DNA of 15,842 nucleotides, taken from the NCBI GenBank assembly GCA_038320275.1, contig JBBQEB010000086.1, forward strand, positions 1-15,842. Reading direction: 5' to 3'. The DNA comes from Myxococcales bacterium. GTDB lineage: Bacteria > Myxococcota > Myxococcia > Myxococcales > Anaeromyxobacteraceae. This document shows, in pieces, positions 14,415-15,842 of this stretch. Every line of letters begins with the position of its first letter. The stretch's first letter is position 1. A model generated the notes under the pieces. That model was not told the origin of the DNA. It worked only from the letters and a program-made list of their open reading frames with translations, and did not search any database. The translations under genes and the position numbers were made by a program.

Positions 14415-15842
14415 CTAGCGGCGCTCCCAGACGACGTCCCGCGCGCCCACGGCCCACACCAGGACGGCGAGTGGCGCGGCCAGGGCGGGCTTCAGCAAGG
14501 CCAGCGCGGGCGAGGTGTGCGGCGCCGGCAGAACGCCCCGCCCCAGCAGGGCGAACCCGACGAGGAAGAGGAGCGCGAAGAGGAACAGCGCGCCGCGCAA
14601 GGGCTCCCCTCGCCAGAGGTGGCCCGCCCCGCTCAACGCGAGCCCCAGAGCTCGCTCCCAGGCGAGGCTCGCCCTGGCGTGCCAGCGCACCTCGCGCTCC
14701 TTTCGCGCGCGATCCCGTGCATCCACCCGCGGCTCGCGCGCGAAGGCGTTCGCGCACGGGGCGCAGAGGGGCCGCTCGGTCCCGTGGCAGCGGGGACAGG
14801 CTGGCCCGCCGCAGCGGCCACAGGCGCGGGAGGGTCGCAACCTCCTCCGCAGCGCCCCCAACGGCCAGAGCAGCGCGGCGACCGCGAGCGGGAGCGCCGG
14901 CCAGGCCAGGGGCGGGAGGGAGCCCGCGAGGCGGTCGCGCACGAGGTCGCGCACGGCGCCCGCTCCGCTCTCCGCGGCCGCCAGGGCCTGAAGGTCGGCC
15001 TGACCGACGGGCACGTCCACCAGCCAGCGGTTGGCGCGGAAGTCCACATCCGAGCCGTGGCGCTGCAGGAAGGCTGCGTCGGCCAGCGTGGCCTTGCGGC
15101 GCGCTTCCTCTGACGCCTCCAGCTCCGACTGGCGGAGATGGAGCTTCGAGAGGTCATACTGCGCTGCGGCGAGGACCACCGGATCGCCGCCCGCGCGGTC
15201 CACCGCCAGGAGGTACGCGGCCTTCGCCTCCTCCACCTTTCCGCGTAGGAGCTCGACGTTTCCAAGGTTCACGAGGGCACCCGGGCGGTCCACCGCGGCC
15301 GCCCGGTACGCCCGCGCCGCCTCATCCAGCGCCCCGCGCCGCTTGTGCCACCGCCCCAGTGCCAGCATGCCGGCGGGGGGCAGCTCACCGCGGTCGGCCC
15401 GGGCAACGAGCCGCGCCGCCGCGCGCCCGTCATCCGAACCGCGCTCCACGGAGAGGACGTCGTCCGCCAGCGTCCCGGTGAACGCGGTGGCCTGCGCGGC
15501 CCGCTCCGCCGCGAGGGGCAGGAGCGCCAGCGCGACCAGGGCAGCCGAGGCCAGCGCGCGCTCGGCGCGCTCGAGGTGCAGCGCCGCCGCGAGCGCCAAC
15601 CCACAGAGGAAGGCCACCGGGCCGAGCCGGGCGGCCAGTGGAAGGGCGAGCACGGCCAGCGCGAGGGAGCCGGCGTGCAGCGGCGCGGCGTGCCGGAGGA
15701 GCGGCAGGTGCCCGGCGTCGTGCAGGACGGTCCGCGCCCGCCTCAGGAACAGGATCACGAGCGCGACGGCGGCGTTCGCCCCGGCCGCGCCCAGCGCCGC
15801 CGCCAGGAGGTCCGCGAGGAGCGACGAGGCGTGGCGCGGCGA
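14415..15842 (-). CDS. Multi-pass membrane protein with TPR repeats and a six-cysteine cluster; 5' end lies outside the window
   Basis: The frame stays open from the window edge (SPRHASSLLADLL...) to TAG 14415. Several hydrophobic helices, about 3 TPR-like repeats (LALGRWHKRRGALDEAARAYRAA; ALVNLGNVELLRGKVEEAKAAYLLA; AQYDLSKLHLRQSELEASEEARRKA), CGRC-x4-CPRC-x7-CAPC, then GAGHLWRG and further TM helices. Confidence 0.8.
   Translation of the reverse strand, partial: SPRHASSLLADLLAAALGAAGANAAVALVILFLRRARTVLHDAGHLPLLRHAAPLHAGSLALAVLALPLAARLGPVAFLCGLALAAALHLERAERALASAALVALALLPLAAERAAQATAFTGTLADDVLSVERGSDDGRAAARLVARADRGELPPAGMLALGRWHKRRGALDEAARAYRAAAVDRPGALVNLGNVELLRGKVEEAKAAYLLAVDRAGGDPVVLAAAQYDLSKLHLRQSELEASEEARRKATLADAAFLQRHGSDVDFRANRWLVDVPVGQADLQALAAAESGAGAVRDLVRDRLAGSLPPLAWPALPLAVAALLWPLGALRRRLRPSRACGRCGGPACPRCHGTERPLCAPCANAFAREPRVDARDRARKEREVRWHARASLAWERALGLALSGAGHLWRGEPLRGALFLFALLFLVGFALLGRGVLPAPHTSPALALLKPALAAPLAVLVWAVGARDVVWERR

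Noticed and set aside
31..15604. Numerous long antisense and alternative-frame ORFs (for example 246..1508 +, 3143..5239 -, 7323..9257 +, 10036..13116 +)
   Set aside because: Shadow ORFs expected at this GC content. Each overlaps a gene with clear family motifs and has none of its own.

Overview
Very GC-rich bacterial chromosomal segment, almost certainly Myxococcota and probably Anaeromyxobacter-like (inferred from an AglZ homolog, a TIGR02266-type PilZ-like domain and gene order). Left arm, minus strand: a MoxR/CoxD-type AAA+ ATPase followed by an aglZ homolog (pseudo-receiver plus long coiled coil; runs off the window and is missing from the ORF track). Next is a ~530-nt, less GC-rich intergenic region packed with hairpins (candidate unannotated structured RNA). 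Plus strand: a eukaryote-type UDP-sugar pyrophosphorylase, a PilT/PilU-family ATPase and a coupled receiver-like/PilZ-like protein. These converge on a long minus-strand gene run: TPR membrane protein with a 6-Cys cluster (partial), a DUF4388 + MshEN + TM + pseudopilin-like protein, phoH/ybeZ, a PgpH-like 7TM-HD phosphohydrolase, ybeY carrying a 21-unit (R/G)S tail, lnt, and prfB with the classical CTT-TGA-C +1 frameshift. No mobile element, CRISPR array, tRNA or rRNA was seen. Best candidates for something new: the RS-tailed YbeY, the intergenic structured RNA, and the MshEN/pseudopilin transmembrane protein with its TPR-Cys neighbour.
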